A DNA stretch of 64,000 bases from the NCBI GenBank assembly GCA_964406075.1, contig CAYOQI010000006.1, forward strand, positions 2,529 to 66,528, in the 5' to 3' direction. Positions 56,307 to 64,000 of the stretch are shown one piece after another. The notes beneath the pieces were generated by a model. That model had not been told where the DNA came from. It did no database searches and worked only from the letters and a program-made list of their open reading frames with translations. The position numbers and the translations under genes were made by a program. Origin of the DNA: an uncultured Pseudomonadales bacterium. Its GTDB lineage: Bacteria > Patescibacteriota > Microgenomatia > UBA1400 > PJMF01. How positions within the stretch are numbered: the stretch's first letter is position 1; every line of letters starts with the position of its first letter.

Positions 56307-56357
56307 TAATACAAACTATTAAATAGCACTTAGAAAGTAATAATGAAAGGATTTTTT

Positions 56358-56699
56358 ATGACAGACGCAACCGCACAAGCTGGAGCAGCTCATGTTTCAG
56401 ATCAAGAATTTGATGAAAAAGTGTTGAAATCAGACAAGCCAGTTATGGTTGATTTTTATGCTGATTGGTGTGGGCCGTGTAAGTTGGCAGCTCCTATTTT
56501 AGATGAGCTTTCTTCTTCACAAGATAAAGTGCAAGTAATTAAAATGAATGTCGATGCAGACCCAGATACAGCACGTAAATTTAATGTCATGAGTATTCCA
56601 ACTGTGATTCTTTTTGAAAAAGGAAAAGAAGTGACTCGACAGGTTGGATTTTCCGGGAAGCAAGGCTACCTGAAGTTAATTGATTCAATTAAGGAATAG
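56358..56699 (+). CDS. trxA: Thioredoxin
   Basis: 'VDFYADWCGPCK'. The ATG at 56358 has an 'aaagga' SD 7-8 nt upstream; an alternative start is at 56343. Confidence 0.9.
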   Translation: MTDATAQAGAAHVSDQEFDEKVLKSDKPVMVDFYADWCGPCKLAAPILDELSSSQDKVQVIKMNVDADPDTARKFNVMSIPTVILFEKGKEVTRQVGFSGKQGYLKLIDSIKE

Positions 56700-56723
56700 T
56701 TTGCAATTGAAGAAAGTGGTTGT

Positions 56724-57731
56724 ATGTCAGAAAAACAAAGACTGATTATCATCGGTTCCGGTCCAGCTGGATATACGGCTGCGCTTTATGCTGCTCGGGC
56801 TCAGCTGAAACCAATTGTGTTTGCTGGAGAAAAAGCCGGTGGACAATTGATGTGGACCAGTGAGATCGAGAATTTTCCAGGATTTCCAGATGGTGTACTG
56901 GGCGCTTCTTTAATGGATCAAATGCGACAACAAGCTGAAAAGTTTGGAGCTGATATTCGATATGAAAATGTCTTACGCGTAGATTTTCAAGATGTGAACG
57001 CTAAAAAAGTGTATGTCTTAGAAAATGAAAAAGAAGTTGAGTATCAAGCAGAGTCAATCATTTTGGCAACTGGGGCCGAGTCGATCATGTTAAATATTCC
57101 CGGTGAGCAAGAATTATTTGGAAAAGGTGTGGCAACCTGTGCTGTGTGTGATGCAGCATTTTACCGAGATAAAGTAGCGGCTGTGGTAGGTGGTGGAGAC
57201 AGTGCGATGGAAGATACCTTAGCCTTAACAAAATTTGCGAAAGAAGTATATGTCATTCATCGTCGAGATAGTTTTCGAGCGAGTAAGATCATGCAACAAC
57301 GAGTTTTAGAGAATCCAAAAGTAAAAGTTCTTTTCAATTCTTCCGTGAAGGAAGTAAAAGGCACAGAAAAAGTTCAGTCAGTGTTAATTGAAAAAGAGGG
57401 GAAAGCAGAGGAATTAGCATTAGACGGAATTTTTCTAGCGATTGGACATCATCCGATTACAGAGTTTCTAAAAGGACAAGTAAAAATTGATGACCACGGG
57501 TATATTGTTACTCGTCAAAGTGCTACTCAGCAAGGAGTCGAACAAGCCCAGAATGCGGTGAAAGACGGATTAGTTTTATATCCAACTATGACTTCTGTCG
57601 AAGGTGTTTTTGCGGCCGGTGATGTTGTTGATGTCCGATACAAGCAAGCAATTACCGCGTCGGGACAAGGTTGTTCGGCTGCGATTGATGTTGAGCGATG
57701 GCTAGAACATCAATCATCTACTACACAATGA
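56724..57731 (+). CDS. trxB: Thioredoxin-disulfide reductase
   Basis: 'IIIGSGPAGYTAALYAAR', redox centre 'ATCAVCDAAFY', 'VVGGGDSAMEDT'. Confidence 0.9.
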   Translation: MSEKQRLIIIGSGPAGYTAALYAARAQLKPIVFAGEKAGGQLMWTSEIENFPGFPDGVLGASLMDQMRQQAEKFGADIRYENVLRVDFQDVNAKKVYVLENEKEVEYQAESIILATGAESIMLNIPGEQELFGKGVATCAVCDAAFYRDKVAAVVGGGDSAMEDTLALTKFAKEVYVIHRRDSFRASKIMQQRVLENPKVKVLFNSSVKEVKGTEKVQSVLIEKEGKAEELALDGIFLAIGHHPITEFLKGQVKIDDHGYIVTRQSATQQGVEQAQNAVKDGLVLYPTMTSVEGVFAAGDVVDVRYKQAITASGQGCSAAIDVERWLEHQSSTTQ

Positions 57732-57788
57732 AGAAGATACTTGTTACACTTTTCCTGATTCATAATTTCTACATTTTAAGGAGATACA

Positions 57789-58559
57789 ATGTCTGAGCGT
57801 TCTACTTCACCCTACTCTTTACAGAGTGTTGTAAAAGCTGTTAATGACAATTTCGGATTGTTGTTGATTGCGGTTGCACTATTTCTGGGAGGATTTGTCA
57901 TCGGTTCACTGTGGACTGAAAATAAAATGTTAGCGAATGGTACAGGAGGAACAGGCGTTCCCGCTGCCGCAGCACCTGCTGCAGCCCCACAAGAAGCAGC
58001 TCCATTATCTGATGCTGATTGGGCAGAAGTTACAAAAGGTGGGATTGTGATCGGTGATGAAAATGCAAAAGTAACTATGGTGGAATTTACCGATTACCAA
58101 TGTCCTTTCTGTGCTCGTCACTATACTCAGACTCATAATGAAATTATGAAAAAGTATGTGGACACTGGGAAAGTAAAAATTGTTTTACGTGACCAACCTT
58201 TATCTTTCCATCCGAATGCAGCATCCGCGGCTCAAGCAGTTCGATGTGCCGAAGAACAATCAAAAGGTGTCGCAATGCATGATGCCTTGTTTGCATCCCA
58301 AGATGCCTGGGCCAATCTTACTGGCGACGCTGTTACTGCCAAATACAAAGAACTCGCTGATACAGCAGGTATTACAGGTTCCCGAGTGGAGAGTTGTGTA
58401 AAAGCTGAAAAATACAAACAAGCTGTCGCTGATGATTCAGTGTTAGCAAACAAAGTGGGTGCAGGTGGTACTCCAACGTTCTTTATTGAAAAGAAGCCAG
58501 TGGTCGGAGCTGTTCCGTTTGCAACTTTTGAACAAGAGTTCGAAGCTGTAATTAACTAA
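57789..58559 (+). CDS. Membrane-anchored DsbA-family thiol:disulfide oxidoreductase
   Basis: TM 'LLLIAVALFLGGFVIGSLW' and 'FTDYQCPFCARH' (CxxC), plus 'GGTPTFFI'. Confidence 0.8.
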   Translation: MSERSTSPYSLQSVVKAVNDNFGLLLIAVALFLGGFVIGSLWTENKMLANGTGGTGVPAAAAPAAAPQEAAPLSDADWAEVTKGGIVIGDENAKVTMVEFTDYQCPFCARHYTQTHNEIMKKYVDTGKVKIVLRDQPLSFHPNAASAAQAVRCAEEQSKGVAMHDALFASQDAWANLTGDAVTAKYKELADTAGITGSRVESCVKAEKYKQAVADDSVLANKVGAGGTPTFFIEKKPVVGAVPFATFEQEFEAVIN

Positions 58560-58581
58560 ATAGTATTTGATTTTTAAAATG

Positions 58582-58610
58582 AAAAGCGTCTCGGAAGAGA
58601 CGCTTTTTTT
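58582..58610 (+). terminator. Rho-independent terminator (bidirectional context) between dsbA-like and uppS
   Basis: AAAA-gcgtctc-ggaa-gagacgc-TTTTTTT. Confidence 0.8.
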
Positions 58611-58632
58611 ATGACTTTATAAAATAGTGAAT

Positions 58633-59334
58633 TTAAGCGCCAAATCGGCGTTGGCGATGAGAGAACTCTGCGAGTGCTTTATCGAGTTCTTCAGCTGAAA
58701 AATCAGGCATGAGCACGTCTGTGAAATACAATTCAGCATAAACACTTTGCCAAGGCAAGTATCCAGAAAGTCGTTTTTCACCACCTGGTCGAATAATTAA
58801 GTCAGGATCAGGTTGGTCAGCTGTATCTAAGTGTTGAGAAAGTTGTTCTTCGGTAATGTGGGTAAGGTCATTATTTTCTTCGGCAATTTTGTGAATTGCT
58901 CGGAGAATTTCGTCTCGTCCACCATAATTCAGAGCAAAGTTGACTGTGATTTTAGTATTCTCTTTCGAAAGTGTGACCCAGTCTTTGGCTTGCTGAGCTA
59001 TGTCAGGAGGAAATTTATTAATATCTCCTAAAATATTTAAACGCACTCCTTTGTTATGTAAATCTTGAGCGTTTTTCTTAAATGCTGTTCGGAAAATAGA
59101 TAATAAGCCATCAACTTCGTCTTTATCTCGATGCCAATTTTCGGTGCTGAATGCCCAGAGCGTTAAATGGGAAATACCTAGCTCGATACAACGATCAACT
59201 AATGGTTCAATCACTTTATTCACGACATGTGAGTGGCCTTTCAGGACTTCCAACTTGTGTTGTTTCGCCCAACGACGATTTCCATCCATAATTATTGCTA
59301 TATGCTTGGGAATTGAAGAGATTTGTTGATTCAT
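58633..59334 (-). CDS. uppS: Isoprenyl transferase / undecaprenyl-diphosphate synthase
   Basis: 'HIAIIMDGNRRWAK', 'LTLWAFSTENW', 'RPGGEKRLSGYLPWQ'. Confidence 0.9.
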   Translation of the reverse strand: MNQQISSIPKHIAIIMDGNRRWAKQHKLEVLKGHSHVVNKVIEPLVDRCIELGISHLTLWAFSTENWHRDKDEVDGLLSIFRTAFKKNAQDLHNKGVRLNILGDINKFPPDIAQQAKDWVTLSKENTKITVNFALNYGGRDEILRAIHKIAEENNDLTHITEEQLSQHLDTADQPDPDLIIRPGGEKRLSGYLPWQSVYAELYFTDVLMPDFSAEELDKALAEFSHRQRRFGA

Positions 59335-59470
59335 AATAAATTTTTTTAAGTCTGAGTCTCGCCCGCCAACTTTTTATGAGAAGACGAAGTCACACTCAAA
59401 AAATGTTGAGGGTCCATGATGATAGCGATGTGTTTGGGAAATGTGGAATTTGACATACAAGTGGAAAATC

Positions 59471-60271
59471 TTAAATGATTTGGGTACCGACCCAGTTTTT
59501 TTGAGTGAGGGTGTTGTATAAATTGTCTTCAACCAGTCCAGAGATGATTTTAGACAAAATTCCTTTTTTAACTAGTCGCAAAGATTCTTCAATTTTCAGT
59601 CCCATCCCACCAGTGACATCGAATCCTTTAGTGGCTGTAAGGGCCGTTTTCAAACTAGGCCAGTTTTGCTCACTCACTTTATAGATGAGTTTTTTTTCGT
59701 GGTCGAGCATACCAGCGACTTCAGTCACATGCACAATTTGTTCCACTTGCCAGCCTCTGTCAGCAAATTGTTGAGCGTAAAAAGACAAGACTTCTTCAGC
59801 TGACCAAATGGTGCAGCCCAGTTTTTTATCAACAATTACATCACCACTCGTAATGGGGAACAGTCCTTGCTTGATATATTCTTCAAAAACGTCGGTACAG
59901 TAATTTTCAGCCACCCGATTATTTGTGACCAAACTATTACTTGGGTATAAAGAAACGGCAGGGATATCATGACGAATAAATTCATGCACGACAATGCGAT
60001 TAAGTTGAGCGGCTGTGTCTTGAACGACTGCCATCCCGTATCGACTTTCATCATTAATAAATCCTTGCATTGTTTTGTATTGATGAGCGGGAACATGTCC
60101 AAAGCTGCCTTGTCCGTGACCAACAACAAAAAGAGTATCGGGAAGTTCTTTTCGAGCTTCGGCAATCTCTTCGACCAATCGACTCAAGACATCTTTTCGT
60201 AAAGACATCGGAATATCTTTATTTGTAATGACTGACCCACCAAGTTTGATAAGAGTAACTTTTTTTTTCAT
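59471..60271 (-). CDS. Isopentenyl phosphate kinase (amino-acid-kinase fold)
   Basis: 'VTLIKLGGSVITNKD' and 'VVGHGQGSFGHV' match the IPK signatures. The ATG at 60271 lies 16 nt after the upstream gene's stop and is preferred to 60337. Confidence 0.65.
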   Translation of the reverse strand: MKKKVTLIKLGGSVITNKDIPMSLRKDVLSRLVEEIAEARKELPDTLFVVGHGQGSFGHVPAHQYKTMQGFINDESRYGMAVVQDTAAQLNRIVVHEFIRHDIPAVSLYPSNSLVTNNRVAENYCTDVFEEYIKQGLFPITSGDVIVDKKLGCTIWSAEEVLSFYAQQFADRGWQVEQIVHVTEVAGMLDHEKKLIYKVSEQNWPSLKTALTATKGFDVTGGMGLKIEESLRLVKKGILSKIISGLVEDNLYNTLTQKNWVGTQII

Positions 60272-60287
60272 AAAAATCCTAAAAAAA

Positions 60288-60797
60288 TTATGACAATTGT
60301 CGACGACGTAAAATAAGTTGACCAGCCAGATAGACATGAGGTCGTAAGATTTTTTTATTCTCTCTTAAAAATCTTGGTAATGCTTCATCACCTACTTCAA
60401 TGACAGGTGTTTTCGCTCTTAACTGAACAATCTTTTCATAGGGAAGTTTCAAGGTGTGACCGATTGCTTCTAGATTGTAATTGAGCCCGGATCTTTGTTG
60501 CTTAACTGAAAAACGAGGTAAACCATTTGAAATCCAGCTTGGATCAACATCTAATTCCCATTCTTCTAATGCTTCACGTTTAATTGTTTCGAAAGGATCT
60601 TCATTGTTGTCAACTTTTCCACTAATAATTCCCAACATTCCGGGTTTAAGTACAACGGGTTCAGGATGTAAGAGTGTCTTCTCCTTTTTTCCAGTATCTT
60701 CACAGGGTAAATTAAGTACAAAGGAAGTATCGAGAAGATCAAGACCTCTTATCCATGCATAAGCAGATGGATCAACTGGAAGTTTTTCATTTAGCAT
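60288..60797 (-). CDS. Nudix-box hydrolase
   Basis: 'GKVDNNEDPFETIKREALEEWEL' fits G-x5-E-x7-R-E-U-x-E-E-x-[G]-U except at the penultimate Gly. Confidence 0.55.
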   Translation of the reverse strand: MLNEKLPVDPSAYAWIRGLDLLDTSFVLNLPCEDTGKKEKTLLHPEPVVLKPGMLGIISGKVDNNEDPFETIKREALEEWELDVDPSWISNGLPRFSVKQQRSGLNYNLEAIGHTLKLPYEKIVQLRAKTPVIEVGDEALPRFLRENKKILRPHVYLAGQLILRRRQLS

Positions 60798-61389
60798 AGG
60801 AATTTATTGCAGAAAGAAGTTTTTCATCTCCCAGCATCCATACAAACCATGGAGCGAGTGTGAACGACTGATTATTAATTGAAATTTGTTTAGTATTAAA
60901 TTCTTCCTTTTTTAATTCAGAGACGGTTGCTTTTTCTTGTAACTCACTCCAATTTATCCATTTATAATCTTGAGCTTCATCTGGATTAAGGGATACATCC
61001 TCGTCATACCATCCGACAAAAACTTGATCCAACTCGTTTTCCGAAAATTCTTCATTACAACGAACTTGATATTGGAATTTATACATTGGTTGAATTTCAA
61101 CTTTCGTAACTCCAAGTTCTTCTTTGAGCCTGCGATATGCACATTCCTCATAACTCTCTGTTGGGCGTACATTCCCACAAACTGTATTTGCCCACATACC
61201 TGCCCCGACGATTTTTTTGACTGAACGCTGTTGAATTAATAGATCAACAGAATCTTCAGTTTTTTTAAATAAATAGACCGAGATAGCGCGATGAAGTTTT
61301 CCTTCACCTCGATGGGCTTCAATTTTATCCATTGAACCAATAACTTCGTCATTGGGAGTGATTAATGTAACTTGATCTAGATTTATCAT
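60787..61389 (-). CDS. idi: Isopentenyl-diphosphate delta-isomerase, type 1
   Basis: 'KIEAHRGEGKLHRAISVYLF', 'LLIQQRSVKKIVGAGMWANTVCGNVRPTESYEECAYRRLKEELG'. The ATG at 61389 forms an ATGA overlap with the upstream small ORF. Confidence 0.8.
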   Translation of the reverse strand: MINLDQVTLITPNDEVIGSMDKIEAHRGEGKLHRAISVYLFKKTEDSVDLLIQQRSVKKIVGAGMWANTVCGNVRPTESYEECAYRRLKEELGVTKVEIQPMYKFQYQVRCNEEFSENELDQVFVGWYDEDVSLNPDEAQDYKWINWSELQEKATVSELKKEEFNTKQISINNQSFTLAPWFVWMLGDEKLLSAINSYAK

Positions 61390-61598
61390 GCTGCTTGGCG
61401 TTGTGGTAATAATTTTTGCTCTTCGGTCGCTTGCTGATTTGTTTGAATATAGATTTCCCATTCTTCTAAAGTCTTAAATCGTTGGTCTTTTTTTAAATCT
61501 CTATCCTGAGTTTGCAAACTCACCTCACCAGCGGAATTACGGAATCCTTCTAATCGATATCTTTGTGAATTTAATCGCCAGTGACGACTAATTTGCAT
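61386..61598 (-). CDS. Small protein whose N-terminus resembles the DUF35 N-terminal zinc ribbon but lacks the Cys ligands
   Basis: 'SRHWRLNSQRYRLEGFRNSAGEV' recalls the 'RxWRxxxxRYxLxGxxCxxCG' start of archaeal DUF35 proteins, from memory. No Cys is present. Translationally coupled to idi. Confidence 0.35.
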   Translation of the reverse strand: MQISRHWRLNSQRYRLEGFRNSAGEVSLQTQDRDLKKDQRFKTLEEWEIYIQTNQQATEEQKLLPQRQAA

Positions 61599-61707
61599 AT
61601 GTTCTTTCTCTGATGCATGTATAGTCGGAAAAACTATGCGAAATCATGCAAAGTAAAAAACTGAAATTTAGTTGAAAATTGTGACTTAAGTGAAGATTTA
61701 AGCTATT

Positions 61708-62079
61708 TCACCTCAAGGTTACCCAAAAGCGAAATAGCAAATATAGAAGCAGAATTTGCCAAAATAGAGTAAAGCAACTTGCCCAAACGAGAGTAAAAGC
61801 CCAGAATCCGATAAATGGCATAGAAAGAAAGAGGAGTTTAATACTTATCCACCAGACGAAAATGAATAGTGCAAAGAAGACTGAAGGAACAAAGGCAAGC
61901 CAAACGAAAACTTTTTCTTCGACCAGATATTGCATGGTCTGATATGGGTGAAGAAGTAAGCCGATTGTGGCTTGAAAAATACTGTAGGCAGTAGAAGTTA
62001 ATAACGTTAGTGGATGCATATCTTTTTCGCAACCAAATAAGGGAATCCTCTGATGGGAAGCCCTTTTTTCTTTTTCCAA
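61708..62079 (-). CDS. Polytopic small membrane protein
   Basis: Three or four hydrophobic helices. Last gene of the sigma-factor operon. Confidence 0.5.
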   Translation of the reverse strand: MEKEKRASHQRIPLFGCEKDMHPLTLLTSTAYSIFQATIGLLLHPYQTMQYLVEEKVFVWLAFVPSVFFALFIFVWWISIKLLFLSMPFIGFWAFTLVWASCFTLFWQILLLYLLFRFWVTLR

Positions 62080-62103
62080 TTTACTTAAAATTAATGCGGG
62101 AAA

Positions 62104-62328
62104 CTATACAATATTGTGCACTATAGAATAAAAAAATTCAAACCAAATTAAAAACACAATCCAGGCTATTACAAAAGACAAGACAAAAAGACTTTGCCAC
62201 GGAAAATCTCCGATTATCGTCATTAAAGGGCGAAGAGGTGACGGCATGATTTGATTGGTATGCAATTTCGATTGTTGAAGCGCTCGCTGTTGTAGTGTTT
62301 TTACAAAGTCAGATTGTAGTTTTTTCAT
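62104..62328 (-). CDS. Single-pass membrane protein, candidate anti-sigma factor
   Basis: 74 aa with a hydrophilic N-terminus and a C-terminal TM 'LFVLSFVIAWIVFLIWFEFF'. Lies directly downstream of the ECF sigma gene. Confidence 0.4.
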   Translation of the reverse strand: MKKLQSDFVKTLQQRALQQSKLHTNQIMPSPLRPLMTIIGDFPWQSLFVLSFVIAWIVFLIWFEFFYSIVHNIV

Positions 62329-62352
62329 AAAAAAATGCTCTGCCTACGAAAA

Positions 62353-62895
62353 TTACGTAGTGGCTGGAGACAGAGTAAGATAGAGAGTTCGAAATTCTTT
62401 TCGAGCTCGGAAAAGATCTGATTCGATTGATTTTACAGATCGTTTTAAAAGAGCAGCAATATCTCGAACACTAATATGATCGACATACTTAAGCAGGAGT
62501 AACTCGCGATAGTCTTGTCTCATATGTTTGAGTACTTCTTTGACATATTCAGCTGTTTCGTGGATATCTTTTGGATTTTCTGGAATGAGGAGGTTGGTGA
62601 GAGGGATTGAGTGAATAAATTTTTTGGCGTATCTTTTTCTATAGAAGTCGGCAATTTCATGGGTCGCAACTTTGAACATCCAAGTTTTAATTGAGGATTT
62701 TCCTTGGAACAGTGGAAGATGACGAAGGCAATTGAGAAATGTTTCGCGAACGATTTCTTCAATGTCAGTCGAGGCTTTGATTCTGCGAGCAACAAACGAG
62801 TAGACGAGAGGATTATATTTTTTATACCAGACAGAGACCGCTTCCGGTAAGCCCAGACGTAAATCTTCGAGTAAGTAGTGATCAGTGTGACTCAT
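62353..62895 (-). CDS. ECF-type RNA polymerase sigma-70 family factor
   Basis: Region 2 'DIEEIVRETFLNCLRHLPLFQGKSSIKTWMFKVATHEIADFYRKR'. Region 4 'YRELLLLKYVDHISVRDIAALLKRSVKSIESDLFRARKEF'. Confidence 0.8.
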   Translation of the reverse strand: MSHTDHYLLEDLRLGLPEAVSVWYKKYNPLVYSFVARRIKASTDIEEIVRETFLNCLRHLPLFQGKSSIKTWMFKVATHEIADFYRKRYAKKFIHSIPLTNLLIPENPKDIHETAEYVKEVLKHMRQDYRELLLLKYVDHISVRDIAALLKRSVKSIESDLFRARKEFRTLYLTLSPATT

Positions 62896-63034
62896 ATACA
62901 GTGTATTCGATATTGTTCTGTCCGACGCGAAATGAGAAGATCATTATACTGTGTTTTTTTCTTGGCAACAAATCTTAGGTAAGGAATAATTGTGAGAAAA
63001 CAAGGTTGAGCTGTAAAACATCGAGAGTGTTTAG

Positions 63035-63040
63035 TATAAT
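63035..63040 (+). promoter_or_regulatory. -10 element (TATAAT) upstream of the pilin gene trio
   Basis: 'tttagTATAATaaggtttagattttATG'. Divergent from the ECF sigma gene. Confidence 0.4.
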
Positions 63041-63054
63041 AAGGTTTAGATTTT

Positions 63055-63381
63055 ATGAATTCAAAAATACTTGCACAAGGCCCTATTGATCTGAGTACAG
63101 CAATAAAGCTAAATGAGACCCAATCGGTTGGTGAGATATTTGATGATCCAACTGATCTCATCAATCTATTGGTACCTAATTTATTTATTCTCGCGGGTAC
63201 GATTTTCTTCTTCTTACTGATCTTGGGTGGATTTACGATTATTTCTTCTGGAAGTGCTGATGGCGTTGATAAAGGGAAGCAACAAATTACTGTCGCAATT
63301 CTCGGATTTGCAATTATGTTTTGTGCCTACTGGATCGTGCAAGTTGTTGAATACCTTACTGGAGTAACAATTTTAGCTTAA
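63055..63381 (+). CDS. VirB2/TrbC-like T4SS pilin (CPR-type T4SS pilin family)
   Basis: Two hydrophobic helices around 'SSGSADGVDKGKQQITVAILG'. Aligns with the C-termini of the genes at 14382-15167 and 15172-16389. Confidence 0.65.
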   Translation: MNSKILAQGPIDLSTAIKLNETQSVGEIFDDPTDLINLLVPNLFILAGTIFFFLLILGGFTIISSGSADGVDKGKQQITVAILGFAIMFCAYWIVQVVEYLTGVTILA

Positions 63382-63387
63382 AATAAA

Positions 63388-63744
63388 ATGACTATGATTT
63401 CACTTTTCTTCTTTCAATTTTTTGGTTCAGTAGCACCTCCCCCTGGTGTTGATAATTATGGAAGTCTTGAATCTGGAGGATTAGTCCTTTTTATGTCAAA
63501 TATCATTCGACTAATTACGATCATCGCTGGATTGTGGTCATTTTTTAATGTGGTTTTTGCTGGCTTTTCATATATCACCGCTGGAAATGATGCAAAAGGT
63601 ATAGAAACAGCTTGGAAAAGTATTTACATGAGTCTGATTGGATTGCTTATCATTGTGGGCTCTTTCACACTGACTGCTATCGTGAGTTACTTATTGTTTG
63701 GTGATGCTGGTTATATCCTGAACCCAACCTTAATTGGAGTGTAA
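63388..63744 (+). CDS. VirB2/TrbC-like T4SS pilin paralogue
   Basis: The same helix-loop-helix layout around 'ITAGNDAKGIETAWKSIYMSLIG'. Confidence 0.6.
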   Translation: MTMISLFFFQFFGSVAPPPGVDNYGSLESGGLVLFMSNIIRLITIIAGLWSFFNVVFAGFSYITAGNDAKGIETAWKSIYMSLIGLLIIVGSFTLTAIVSYLLFGDAGYILNPTLIGV

Positions 63745-64000
63745 TGCTTACTGCAAATTTATTAGCACAAAATAGAGATATCAACTTAGGTGGCATTGAT
63801 GCGCCAACAACCGCTTATCAGCCAGGAATTGGGTCGGATGTGACGAGGGCAGGGACTCAATTGGAGTTGTTTTTATCAAATATTTTGGCACTTATTACTA
63901 TCTTTGCGGGGTTAAGTTTTCTTCTGTTTTTTGTATTTGGAACCATGCAATGGATTTTAGCTGGTGGAGATGAAGGAAAAGTTGCCAATGCTCGTAAACA
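63744..64000 (+). CDS. Third pilin-like paralogue, truncated by the window end
   Basis: TAATG overlap with the previous gene. Hand translation: MLTANLLAQNRDINLGGIDAPTT...LELFLSNILALITIFAGLSFLLFFVFGTMQWILAGGDEGKVANARK. Confidence 0.55.
   Translation, partial: MLTANLLAQNRDINLGGIDAPTTAYQPGIGSDVTRAGTQLELFLSNILALITIFAGLSFLLFFVFGTMQWILAGGDEGKVANARK

Noticed and set aside
1-64000. Searched for CRISPR arrays, rRNA genes, IS/transposase, integrase, toxin-antitoxin pairs, restriction-modification genes and a recoded genetic code
   Set aside because: I saw no regularly spaced direct repeats, no rRNA-like conserved blocks and no DDE/tyrosine/serine recombinase motifs. Long ORFs are intact under the standard code and TGA acts as a stop (for example at 61386-61388), so the UGA-recoded CPR codes do not apply. 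Absence was judged by eye only.

Overview
AT-rich, gene-dense bacterial chromosome segment using the standard code (TGA is used as a stop). It contains the replication origin: dnaA, a DnaA-box cluster with an AT-rich stretch, dnaN, then rpmH-rnpA-yidD-yidC-jag-rnhA. Gene content suggests a small-genome CPR/Patescibacteria-like organism (inference only): DUF4012, pilin-domain genes of the type common in CPR, a short ValRS, many giant or orphan proteins. Housekeeping genes I recognise are mnmA, recF, nnr-type dehydratase, rplY, valS, tRNA-Pro, recA, tsaD, trxA/trxB, uppS, idi and an ECF sigma factor. Accessory content: (1) A six-gene amidoligase module at 2387-8719, with three ATP-grasp ligases, a GNAT-fold transferase, a QEGLA/DUF1704 (MATCAP-like) metallopeptidase and a 7TM protein. 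This is my best candidate for an undescribed peptide-tail ligation/trimming system. (2) Scattered Gram-positive-type T4SS-like parts: VirB4, PrgI/VirB3-like, a VirB4 N-domain paralogue, a VirB6-like protein and five VirB2-like pilin domains, two of them fused to large extracellular domains. They sit among giant proteins of 1250 aa and 1517 aa, and no relaxase or coupling protein is visible. (3) A T-box-like antiterminator/terminator leader upstream of valS. (4) A CsoR-family repressor lacking the Cu-ligand His, with a perfect operator, upstream of trxA-trxB-dsbA. (5) An IPK-Nudix-IDI isoprenoid cluster. I saw no rRNA, CRISPR array, transposase or integrase. All domain calls come from motif recognition by eye, not from searches.
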